In this document: positions 56,103 to 64,000 of the stretch, one piece after another | Numbering within the stretch: position 1 is the first letter of the stretch | Layout: every line of letters starts with the position of its first letter | Source: an uncultured Desulfatibacillum sp. | GTDB taxonomy: Bacteria > Desulfobacterota > Desulfobacteria > Desulfobacterales > SpSt-501 | DNA length: 64,000 nt | NCBI GenBank assembly: GCA_964570965.1 | Contig: CAZNAX010000001.1 | Location: 41,469-105,468, forward strand | Direction of reading: 5' to 3' | Program-made: the position numbers and the translations under genes | Notes under the pieces: generated by a model | The model's database searches: none | What the model was told of the DNA's origin: nothing | What the model saw: the letters and a program-made list of their open reading frames with translations, nothing else

Positions 56103-57706
56103 TCACCAGAACTACACGAAAAGGCGAAGTGCTGACTGGAAGCTCGATGCGTCAGGTTGGTGCGCAGCCGTATACCAAGTCGAGACGGATCAGTTTCGTC
56201 AACTACGAGAAGCTCACAGGGTCCACGGGTAATGACCCTTACATCGATTGCGGCAATGACTACTCCCTGAACCTGAATGCGGACTACCCATTCTCGATCT
56301 ACATGGTTGGGTGCATTCAAAGCAACGGCAATCCGGTTTTGAGTAAGCTCAGTGGTTCCCTAGGCTGGGCGGTTGCTTTCTATGGTGATGGTGGGGGTCT
56401 ATCTGGTGGTCAGCCGAATTTGATCCTATACGATGGGGCTGGTGGACTTCTGTACGTGCACGTTGCTCAGGACATTCGTGGTTTGTGCCACGAGCTACTC
56501 TGGGCCTATGATGGGTCGAGACTAGCCGCTGGCGTAAGTGCTTACCTGGATGGCGTTCCAGTAGTAGTGGTGGTTGACAACGACACCCTGGCAGGAACAA
56601 CGGAAAATAACGCCAATTTCCAGATCGGCGGTCAGGGGGGTACAACAGGGTTTCTCAAACTCGATGATGTGGCGCTCTTTAGTGCAGAGTTGTCCGTAGC
56701 GAATGCGGCCGCTCTCTATTCGCGTCCAACTGATTCTCCGATTCGGCCGAAGAACCTAAAGGGTTTTGATTTTAGCGACTCATTGGCCCATTGGTGGAGA
56801 ATGGGTGATGGTCTCTACCTGCCATCTGAGGTGACATACCCGAACGTACCAGACGAAGTTGGAAACTCACACGGTGTGATGGTCGATTTTGACATCATGG
56901 CAGGAGCTGGATACGAGGCTGCTATGTCTGTAGCACGAGATCAGCCAATCCCTGCTATCTACGAGCTGCGACGAACGCTTGCCGCCTACTACCAGATGAA
57001 TCCTGATTTTGGGACTTTTGGGATTCCTTCGGCAGGCTGGTTTGCAGGGACACAAGTTTGGGATGAGTCGGGAAATGGGTTTGATCTGACGGTTACCTCT
57101 GGTGCTCCTGCTGTTCCTCTTGGGCAGTTCCTCATTCCGCTGGCTGATGAATATCCGTGGAATAGGGGAGTAGCGGATTTCACTGGAGTTCAGCCCGGAT
57201 CCTACTTTGAGGGCTCCGATCCAATTGCATTTGGAGATATGTCGTTCTCCATGCAAGTTTGGTTTGAGACTCCACCAGGACCACAACCAAACCCACAGAC
57301 TGTAATCATGCGTGGTGGTCCATTGGGTTGCGCTCCTGGGGATCGAGAATACATAGGATTGGAGCTGGGTCCGACTATCCTTGTTCGCTACGGGAGCGCG
57401 AACACATTGTCACTAGGACCGTGGGGTTTCAGCACTCGCTACCATGTTGCGATTACGTGTACTCCTTCAGGTCCGTTTGGTACAGTGAGCGGCTACCTGA
57501 ATAATGGTGCTGCAGTAGTTGGTGGCGCTCCTTTGCTCCCGCAGGTCACTCCTGGTGCTTGGACTTTCATGGTTGGGTACAGCAGGAACGTTGTGAGCCG
57601 AGATGCCTATGTGAAGGTGGATCAGATCGCGTTGTTCAACAAAACTATCAACTCGACTGAAATCGGATGGTTGTGGAATGGCGCAAACGGTCTAGTGATT
57701 CCATAG
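56099..57706 (+). CDS. LamG/concanavalin-like domain protein (receptor-binding candidate), module 1
   Basis: ATG 56099 in an ATGA overlap, 535 aa. LKLDDVALFSAELSVANAAALY and VKVDQIALFNKTINSTEIGWLWNG are typical LamG C-terminal strands, suggesting two domains. Confidence 0.55.
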   Translation: MITRTTRKGEVLTGSSMRQVGAQPYTKSRRISFVNYEKLTGSTGNDPYIDCGNDYSLNLNADYPFSIYMVGCIQSNGNPVLSKLSGSLGWAVAFYGDGGGLSGGQPNLILYDGAGGLLYVHVAQDIRGLCHELLWAYDGSRLAAGVSAYLDGVPVVVVVDNDTLAGTTENNANFQIGGQGGTTGFLKLDDVALFSAELSVANAAALYSRPTDSPIRPKNLKGFDFSDSLAHWWRMGDGLYLPSEVTYPNVPDEVGNSHGVMVDFDIMAGAGYEAAMSVARDQPIPAIYELRRTLAAYYQMNPDFGTFGIPSAGWFAGTQVWDESGNGFDLTVTSGAPAVPLGQFLIPLADEYPWNRGVADFTGVQPGSYFEGSDPIAFGDMSFSMQVWFETPPGPQPNPQTVIMRGGPLGCAPGDREYIGLELGPTILVRYGSANTLSLGPWGFSTRYHVAITCTPSGPFGTVSGYLNNGAAVVGGAPLLPQVTPGAWTFMVGYSRNVVSRDAYVKVDQIALFNKTINSTEIGWLWNGANGLVIP

Positions 57707-57714
57707 GAGAAAAA

Positions 57715-58242
57715 ATGGGATACGCAACGACAAGACTTGGTAGAACGGGGTCGTCAAGGCCGTATATTCGTCAAGATGCGCAATCGGTTCAGACTGTCCC
57801 TGTGTACGGATACGGACCTGGAGCCCTTCCAAACAATGACGATACGATCAAATACAGCGATTCCGAGGGGAAATGGCTTTACGGCCCTGGCGGTGGTGGT
57901 GAAGTACCTGCGCACTATCTGGGTGGAGATGCGCACGATGCGGACTCTCTCGCCAACCTAAACAGCAAGCTCACCGATGCGACATTGGATAGCAATACGG
58001 ACCCCAGGCCGCCACAGATACACGGATTCCGCGATCCATACGCGCACAGCGATATTGATGTCAATCCGATTGACGTTCAAGACGAGGGTTCATCCGTCGA
58101 AGCCGCTCTAGTGTATTTGAACTTTATTGGAGATGGCGTTACTGCCTCATCATTAGGAGGCGGTGGGGTTGAAGTGAGTATTCCAGGTGGCGGGGGATCG
58201 ACAGAATCTCAGATTCTACACCTGATCTGGGCAACACATTAG
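57715..58242 (+). CDS. Hypothetical tail-associated protein
   Basis: ATG 57715 follows GGAGAAAAA, giving 175 aa with Gly-rich segments. Confidence 0.55.
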   Translation: MGYATTRLGRTGSSRPYIRQDAQSVQTVPVYGYGPGALPNNDDTIKYSDSEGKWLYGPGGGGEVPAHYLGGDAHDADSLANLNSKLTDATLDSNTDPRPPQIHGFRDPYAHSDIDVNPIDVQDEGSSVEAALVYLNFIGDGVTASSLGGGGVEVSIPGGGGSTESQILHLIWATH

Positions 58243-58251
58243 GAGGAGACG

Positions 58252-58581
58252 ATGGCAGTAACATACGATCCCACGGAAGTTCATGGGCAGCTAGCCGTAT
58301 CGGGATCAGAGGTTGCGCTGGCAACTGCTAGTACGGGTCTTTGGTTTTGGGTTGTAAAAAGGCTGGCACTAACGAACATTTCAGCTAGCCCGGTTGCCGC
58401 ATCCTTGACCTACGATGGCCTGGTTCAGACGGAATTCGATATACCCGCCAACGAGGTGGTTGAGTTCATTTGGGAGGATCAGGGTTACCTTGTCCAAGCG
58501 AGTTTGGCCTTGAATATCACGGTGGATACCGTAGACGTAATCAACTATAAGCTTGATGGTCTTATGGGGTATCTATCATGA
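58252..58581 (+). CDS. Small protein, module 2 partner of LamG protein
   Basis: 109 aa with RBS AGGAGGAG. Confidence 0.6.
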   Translation: MAVTYDPTEVHGQLAVSGSEVALATASTGLWFWVVKRLALTNISASPVAASLTYDGLVQTEFDIPANEVVEFIWEDQGYLVQASLALNITVDTVDVINYKLDGLMGYLS

Positions 58582-60023
58582 TGGTTGGCTTCGCAACAAA
58601 GAGAAGGGGAGCGATAATCAAGCGGTACACAGCGTCACATCCCGGTGGCATTGGGTACAGGTCTAAAACCCCTTTTAGCGAAGCCGACATTATGAAGTTC
58701 GTGAACGGGTACTCGCTCAAGTTTGTGGCGCTCGATGGTAGCGAGGTCAACGCTGGAGATCTGTGTGCGTTTGAGTATACCGATTCGTTCAGTCTGACGG
58801 GTTGGCTAAAAATCGAGACTGGATTCAATTCCGGTACGCTCTTGGCGAGAATGGGGACGGACGCAGGCTGGAGGCTTCGCCTTGATACGGCAGTTCTCTA
58901 CCTAGATCTGATTCACGACCTTGGACTGTCGGATATGATTTCGTGCCATGCGCCAACTGCGCTGGACATAAATGAGTGGTACTTCTGGGGCGCGACCTAC
59001 GACGGAGGAAATGTCGGCTCTACAGGAATGAAGTTCTACCTAGCTGGGGCCTTGGATGGGTGTACGTCAATAAGCGAGTCTGTCACTGGAACGATTATTG
59101 AGCCAAGCATCAATCTTATGATGGGCGAGGACTTCACTGGATGGCAGGACGAAATGGGCATTTATGATGGAGTTCTCACTGCTCCTGAAATGGCCAATCT
59201 ATTTGCTACTCAGGTGCCCAGACACCTGAAGAGATTTTCTGCTCCATCCCCATCACAACTCCGTCATTGGTGGCGGATGGGAGACTCGTTTACAGCACCA
59301 GATCAGATGAAGGACGAGGTCACAGGGAATTACGCTACTATCGTAAACGCCACGCGCGACGTAGATGTACCAGTGCAGGCTCCTCCTCCTTTGAACGTGA
59401 ATCTGGTTTCATATTGGAAGTGCAATACCGGGCCGTGGGTAGTAAGCAGTCCGTTGGTTGACGAGATCGGTAATGCTGCTCTGACATCTACAGGGACGAT
59501 TGGCAGCGGGGCTCCTCTCGTTGCGGATGGAACGTTTTCAGCGAGTAGTACCGCAGTTGCAAACTTTACAGGTCCTGCCAACGCCCAGCACGTCAATAAG
59601 ATTTTCTCCTTTCAAGCTTGGTTTCAGCGATCTGTTACGCAAACCGGAACTCGATTCTTGTATCGTATGTTTGATACAGGAACAGGAGTATGGTTCTGCG
59701 TCCAACTCACATCCGGCGTTATCTACATTGTTCGCGAGCTCAATACTTACGCTGTGGGATCGATACTCGCCCCTACCCATCTGGTTGTCGTATCGAGTGT
59801 TAGCGGTTTGTACTGCTACTTGAACGGCTCACTAGTGATTACACATCCTCCATTTGTCAACGCTCCTGTACTTCCAATGACCATTTCTATCGGCGGTACA
59901 GGTACGACAAACAGATTCAACGGTCGTATGGACGAGTATGCTTTTTGGGCTGGAAGGAATCTGACTCCAACTGAAGTGACCACTTTGTGGAATGGCGGGA
60001 CGGGGCAGCCTATTACGTTGTAG
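58578..60023 (+). CDS. LamG/concanavalin-like domain protein, module 2
   Basis: 481 aa. GWQDEMGIYDGVLTAPEMANLF and GRMDEYAFWAGRNLTPTEVTTLWNGGTG. Confidence 0.55.
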   Translation: MMVGFATKRRGAIIKRYTASHPGGIGYRSKTPFSEADIMKFVNGYSLKFVALDGSEVNAGDLCAFEYTDSFSLTGWLKIETGFNSGTLLARMGTDAGWRLRLDTAVLYLDLIHDLGLSDMISCHAPTALDINEWYFWGATYDGGNVGSTGMKFYLAGALDGCTSISESVTGTIIEPSINLMMGEDFTGWQDEMGIYDGVLTAPEMANLFATQVPRHLKRFSAPSPSQLRHWWRMGDSFTAPDQMKDEVTGNYATIVNATRDVDVPVQAPPPLNVNLVSYWKCNTGPWVVSSPLVDEIGNAALTSTGTIGSGAPLVADGTFSASSTAVANFTGPANAQHVNKIFSFQAWFQRSVTQTGTRFLYRMFDTGTGVWFCVQLTSGVIYIVRELNTYAVGSILAPTHLVVVSSVSGLYCYLNGSLVITHPPFVNAPVLPMTISIGGTGTTNRFNGRMDEYAFWAGRNLTPTEVTTLWNGGTGQPITL

Positions 60024-60032
60024 GTATTCTGA

Positions 60033-60923
60033 GTGGGAACCGAATGTATAGACGTCACCGTGGTTGTATCGAACTACAACCAAGCACCTTTGATCGTAGG
60101 GGCATTAGACTTTCTAGCCCAGTCTGACTTTCTCCCCAAGCTGGAAATCATGGTAGTAGATGACTGCTCCTCGCAGGGGTTTGCGGAAGTCGAAAGTGCG
60201 ATCAGGTTGCTGCGTGATCGCGAAGTAGGGAAGGCATCTCTAATAAGAGCTAGAAGAAATCTTGGGGTCTCTGCGGTCAGAAATATAGGTTTGGAAAACG
60301 CTCAGGGGCGGTTCGTGTGTTTTCATGATGGGGATGATTTGTGGTTGGATGGTTGGAAGGTAGCCGTATCAGAGCTGGATCGTAATGGATTCAGAGTGCT
60401 TGGAACTGGTGAAAAAGCAGTTACTCACGATAAGCAGATACACTCTTTGAGTATGTCTTCTATCAACAGCATCGCCCAAACAAGAACGCACCCAATCGTG
60501 AAATTCCCGTTGGACGTGCCGGTTATGTCTGCTACGTTTCTGGTGGCGGCAGACATAAAAACCAGATTCCGAAGCTTTTTGTGTCGTCCTACATCCTTGT
60601 GGCCGGGTAAACCACCGGGATGGGAGGATGCCGTATTTTGGATAGAAGCGTGTGCTGAGAATGTTGGAAGAGTAGGACGTAGTGGTATCAATCGGATTAG
60701 ACAGCAGCACGTACCAGAGAGCTCGTGGCACGATGGGCGAAGCGGGTTTGGATGGATGTCGTTCCCTATTATTCGTCCAGATTTGTTTACGGAGGCGGCA
60801 ATAGAAAAGGCCGTGCTTCTGGCTCGTAAAAAGAAAATCGAACCAGACATGTTGCGAAAGTTGGCTCTACTATCAGAAGAAGAGATATTGAACGGGCCAA
60901 TTTTGTTTGATCGTGTTTTGTAG
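60033..60923 (+). CDS. Family 2 (GT-A) glycosyltransferase
   Basis: 296 aa with a GTG start. VTVVVSNYNQAPLIVGALDFL...IMVVDDCSS...RRNLGVSAVRNIGLENAQGRFVCFHDGDDLW (DxD). Confidence 0.7.
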   Translation: MGTECIDVTVVVSNYNQAPLIVGALDFLAQSDFLPKLEIMVVDDCSSQGFAEVESAIRLLRDREVGKASLIRARRNLGVSAVRNIGLENAQGRFVCFHDGDDLWLDGWKVAVSELDRNGFRVLGTGEKAVTHDKQIHSLSMSSINSIAQTRTHPIVKFPLDVPVMSATFLVAADIKTRFRSFLCRPTSLWPGKPPGWEDAVFWIEACAENVGRVGRSGINRIRQQHVPESSWHDGRSGFGWMSFPIIRPDLFTEAAIEKAVLLARKKKIEPDMLRKLALLSEEEILNGPILFDRVL

Positions 60924-60959
60924 GCTACTTTAGCGATCTAGCAACTCTTTACATCTTCT

Positions 60960-60967
60960 GTTATAAG
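60960..60967 (+). promoter_or_regulatory. GTTATAAG -10-like element
   Basis: TGTTATAAGATCGT lies 42 nt upstream of ATG 61009. TTAGCG lies 26 nt upstream of it. Confidence 0.45.
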
Positions 60968-61008
60968 ATCGTTGGGATCAGATCATCTAGGTCCATAAGG
61001 AGGATCAA

Positions 61009-61602
61009 ATGGAGATTCTTGAGAAAATCAAGAAGAGGCTGGATGGGCATATCACCATAGGTCCAGTGGCGATCTATGGATTCAATGCGATGCACGTAGC
61101 AGTGAATGTGTGGACCAAGAGATGGGGGTTCATATGCTTCCATCCATCTCTTCGTTTTCTGAGAAAGTACGCCCCGTGGATGCTTGGGGAGAATTGGCCC
61201 TGGTACTTCTTTCTAAGCCCGAATGGAACTTCCTGGGCTTCTACATTTGCGATAGGTCCAGGGATCGACAAGGATACCAAGATTGATGCTCTGCGTAGGT
61301 ACGCGGCATGGGGGCATGGGTACGACGTTGATCGAATTGATGTGCAAGCTGAGGCTGCTGTCTTCTGGAAGTATCTTGATCGTCTGAAGAAGGCAAAGAG
61401 CGTGGTAGACAATGAGAAAGAGGATCATGAGTGCACGGGCTGTGGAATGTGCAAGAAGTGTGATGCGTGTGGAAAGGATCTTGATGAGGATGAGCAGCAG
61501 TACAGCAATGTGTGCCTGGAGTGCCTGCTGAGGGAGTGCAATCGCATAGCGAGCATGATCACCCAGAAGAAGTCGGGTGGTGTGACGAAAGGAGCAAACT
61601 GA
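61009..61602 (+). CDS. Hypothetical protein with C-terminal Cys cluster
   Basis: 197 aa with RBS AAGGAGG. HECTGCGMCKKCDACGK...CLECLLREC. Confidence 0.65.
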   Translation: MEILEKIKKRLDGHITIGPVAIYGFNAMHVAVNVWTKRWGFICFHPSLRFLRKYAPWMLGENWPWYFFLSPNGTSWASTFAIGPGIDKDTKIDALRRYAAWGHGYDVDRIDVQAEAAVFWKYLDRLKKAKSVVDNEKEDHECTGCGMCKKCDACGKDLDEDEQQYSNVCLECLLRECNRIASMITQKKSGGVTKGAN

Positions 61603-61605
61603 TCT

Positions 61606-62151
61606 ATGGAATCTGGAGTGTGCAAATGGGACGAGTGGTTCTTTGCCCTAGCTACTACGGCCGCTAGAAAGTCCAAAGACCCATCGACGCAGGTAGGTTG
61701 TGTGGTGGTAGGACCGGATCGAGAAGTCCGATCGATTGGCTACAACGGGTTCGCTAGAGGAGTTGACGACACCAGAGAGGATTGGAAGCAGAGGCCGCTG
61801 AAGATCAAGGTGACAGCACATGCCGAGCTCAACGCTGTGTGCAATGCAGCGCGATGCGGAGCTACGCTGAAAGGTTGTGTGGCCTACGTAACGCTTCCTC
61901 CATGTGCTGGGTGCGCGCTTGCTCTGACGCAGGCAGGTGTAAGCTCGGTTGCATTCATAGCACCACTAGGCAACATCGGTGGCGTTGAGGATCGTTGGAG
62001 AGAAGACTTCAAGATAGCTCTCGACATCTTCACAGAGGCGTCAGTCGACTATGAGGGTTTCAGTGGTGTGTGGGATGACAACGGTAACGATCCACTAGCT
62101 CATGATGTAGAAATGTGGATCACCAAAATTCAGGATCAAGAGGGAGAGTAA
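61606..62151 (+). CDS. dCMP (deoxycytidylate) deaminase
   Basis: 181 aa. Zinc-binding motifs HAELNAV and PCAGCA at canonical spacing. Confidence 0.85.
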   Translation: MESGVCKWDEWFFALATTAARKSKDPSTQVGCVVVGPDREVRSIGYNGFARGVDDTREDWKQRPLKIKVTAHAELNAVCNAARCGATLKGCVAYVTLPPCAGCALALTQAGVSSVAFIAPLGNIGGVEDRWREDFKIALDIFTEASVDYEGFSGVWDDNGNDPLAHDVEMWITKIQDQEGE

Positions 62152-63137
62152 TGGAAAAGAGAAGAGTATGCTTCTACCATCGTGTTGATCTTGATGGCAA
62201 GTGTGCTGGTGCAATCGTGCTGGATCATTTCGAGGGAGCGGTCGAAATGGTTGGGATCAACCACGGAGACGACTTTGAGAAGCTCGTCTTCGGTCGCCCC
62301 AGTCTGACAGACGAGATCGTGATAATGGTCGACTTCTGTTTGGAGCCGTGGGATCTCATGCCGCGTTTGCAGGAGTCGTGCAAGCACCTTATCTGGATCG
62401 ACCATCATTCGGAATCGATCAAGAAATACGAGAGCTGGCTAAGCTTCCCAGAAAGGAAGATAGACGGCATTCGTAAGATAGGACTTGCTGGCTGTGAGCT
62501 TGCCTGGATGTTCTTCAACAATGATGATCACATGCCCGAGGCAGTACGTCTGCTCGGTAGATACGACGTGTGGGACTGGGAGAATACACCAGAAGCTCTT
62601 GAGTTTCAGATGGGCATGCGCCTTGCGGAGACAATGCCCGATAGGACAACTGCACTATGGAGGTCACTACTCAGTCCGTCTTCCTTCTATGCGGAGAGGA
62701 CTTTGATAGGTCAGATCATTGATGATGGGAGGGTAGTTCTGCGCTACAAGAAGCAGCAAGACTCGATCCACATCAAGAGTGCCGGCTTCGAGCTCGATTG
62801 GTTCGGAAAGAAGTGGATTGCGATCAACGAGATGTACAACAACAGCGAATTGTTCAATGAGCTCTACGACCCAAGCCGGCACCATGGCATGCTGGCCTTC
62901 GGGTGGCGGAAAGGGAACTGGCACATAACCCTGTACACGACTCGAGATGATGTTGACTGCGGGGCCATCGCTACTGAAGCGGCCAAGCGTCTGAGTGATG
63001 AGCGCTACAAGGCAACTGGAGGCGGCCACAAAAAGGCGGCAGGATTCCAGAGTGTCTACATGCCCTTTGATGTACGGTTTCCGACAATGGACACGTTCTG
63101 TTCTCCAGTCGACAACATAATGAGGACGGCGGACTGA
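62151..63137 (+). CDS. DHH-family phosphoesterase (NrnA/RecJ-like)
   Basis: ATG 62151 in a TAATG overlap, 328 aa. HRVDLDG (motif I), IWIDHHSES (DHH) and the C-terminal DHHA1-like GGGHKKAAGF. Confidence 0.75.
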   Translation: MEKRRVCFYHRVDLDGKCAGAIVLDHFEGAVEMVGINHGDDFEKLVFGRPSLTDEIVIMVDFCLEPWDLMPRLQESCKHLIWIDHHSESIKKYESWLSFPERKIDGIRKIGLAGCELAWMFFNNDDHMPEAVRLLGRYDVWDWENTPEALEFQMGMRLAETMPDRTTALWRSLLSPSSFYAERTLIGQIIDDGRVVLRYKKQQDSIHIKSAGFELDWFGKKWIAINEMYNNSELFNELYDPSRHHGMLAFGWRKGNWHITLYTTRDDVDCGAIATEAAKRLSDERYKATGGGHKKAAGFQSVYMPFDVRFPTMDTFCSPVDNIMRTAD

Positions 63138-63802
63138 TGCCAAACATCATACAACCGTCGTTCGAGATAATCGAGTACCCGCAGAACGTACTCGAGAAGA
63201 TCGAGCGAGTAGCTCGTACCTGTTACAAGAGCGAGGACAAGATCGAACCAGGATCAGCAGAGAAGCTGGTACGCAAGCTGCTCACGGACGAGCACTACCC
63301 CATGATCGAGTTCGGCGGCTGGATTGTGGTGAAGTTCTACTCCAACAGAGGATTCACACACGAAGCAGTTCGGCATAGGATCGTTTCAGCCGCACAGGAA
63401 TCGACAAGATACTGTAACTACGTAAAAGAAAAGTTTGGCACCGAGATCACCGTCATAGACCCTGAGAAGGCGCTAGCTATGAAGGTGAAGGATGCCGAAA
63501 AGCGAGCGCTCATCGTAATCAAGATGGTAGAGAGCTGGGCACGGGCGGAGCACGACTACATCTACTTGGTGAGTGAGCTGGGATGTCCAGCAGAGATGGC
63601 CAGGGAAGTGCTGCCAATAGGACTGAAGGCAGAGCTAGTTGTGGGAGCTACCGTTCGTGAGTGGCGGCACATCATGAAGCTTCGTACCAGTAACAAAGCC
63701 CATCCACGGATGCGTGAGATCATGAGACCTCTTCTCGTGAAGTTTCGGGAACTCATGCCCGTGGTATTCGATGACGTGGGCACTTTGGGGGACGAGAAGT
63801 AG
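63137..63802 (+). CDS. thyX: Flavin-dependent thymidylate synthase ThyX
   Basis: 221 aa. RHRIVSAAQESTRY matches the ThyX signature RHRxxSxxxxSxR. Confidence 0.9.
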   Translation: MPNIIQPSFEIIEYPQNVLEKIERVARTCYKSEDKIEPGSAEKLVRKLLTDEHYPMIEFGGWIVVKFYSNRGFTHEAVRHRIVSAAQESTRYCNYVKEKFGTEITVIDPEKALAMKVKDAEKRALIVIKMVESWARAEHDYIYLVSELGCPAEMAREVLPIGLKAELVVGATVREWRHIMKLRTSNKAHPRMREIMRPLLVKFRELMPVVFDDVGTLGDEK

Positions 63803-63878
63803 TGTTCCAGCTGGCGATCCTCTACCGTATTCTCAAGATCCTGCTCAGATCAGTAAGAGCAATCATCTCCTGATCATT

Positions 63879-63886
63879 GTTATAAG
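63879..63886 (+). promoter_or_regulatory. GTTATAAG -10-like element
   Basis: TGTTATAAGATCAA lies 35 nt upstream of ATG 63921. Confidence 0.45.
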
Positions 63887-63920
63887 ATCAACGGAGTAGA
63901 GACTGTTTAGGAGGAGAAGC

Positions 63921-64000
63921 ATGTCTTCGCTGATGCAATTTGGCGGTGAGATGAGAATGAACAGTAGAGGGTACGGAGAGGTACGCCTCGAATTTGTCCG
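63921..64000 (+). CDS. Hypothetical protein (3' truncated by window end)
   Basis: ATG 63921 follows AGGAGGAG. The ORF stays open to the window edge. Confidence 0.5.
   Translation, partial: MSSLMQFGGEMRMNSRGYGEVRLEFV

Noticed and set aside
1-64000. Prophage or mobile-element boundaries (integrase, transposase, att sites)
   Set aside because: No recombinase-like ORF or terminal inverted repeats were seen. The whole window reads as phage genome interior.

Overview
The window reads as one contiguous piece of a large tailed-phage genome, myovirus-like and possibly jumbo. I found no rRNA, tRNA, CRISPR array, integrase or transposase. All homology calls come from motifs read by eye and from memory, not from searches.

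Layout:
- 1-16.2 kb (+): virion module with a scaffold-like protein, a capsid candidate followed by a strong terminator, several glycine-zipper proteins, a protein with a J-like domain, a 1080-aa sheath candidate and a tube candidate.
- 16.2-18.7 kb (-): small-gene cassettes separated by a repeated hairpin/CTTAGCT/promoter module.
- 18.8-21.7 kb (+): genes behind two sigma70-like promoters.
- 21.73-22.26 kb: ORF-free structured region with two tandem about 100-nt units and divergent promoters.
- 22.3-35.1 kb (+): about 35 small genes, including three CxxCxxCC (YkgJ-like) paralogs and tandem paralog families.
- 35.2-38.4 kb (-): island of eight small genes in five transcription units, including a Csx3/Crn3-like cyclic-oligoadenylate ring nuclease candidate.
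- 38.5-43.9 kb (+): includes a DinG/XPD-type Fe-S helicase.
- 44.0-47.1 kb: an inverted single-gene cassette flanked by direct repeats, then two paralogous C-poor, purine-rich arrays of a GGCTGTA motif (14 exact and 5 variant copies) flanking a 162-aa gene. Each array ends in a near-identical terminator.
- 47.2-52.2 kb (-): matrixin-type metalloprotease plus tail fibre/spike candidates.
- 52.3-64 kb (+): HU-like protein, two [small protein + LamG protein] modules, a GT2 glycosyltransferase, dCMP deaminase, a DHH phosphoesterase and ThyX.

Most interesting: the phage-borne Csx3-like gene and its island, the GGCTGTA arrays, and the structured noncoding locus at 21.7-22.2 kb.
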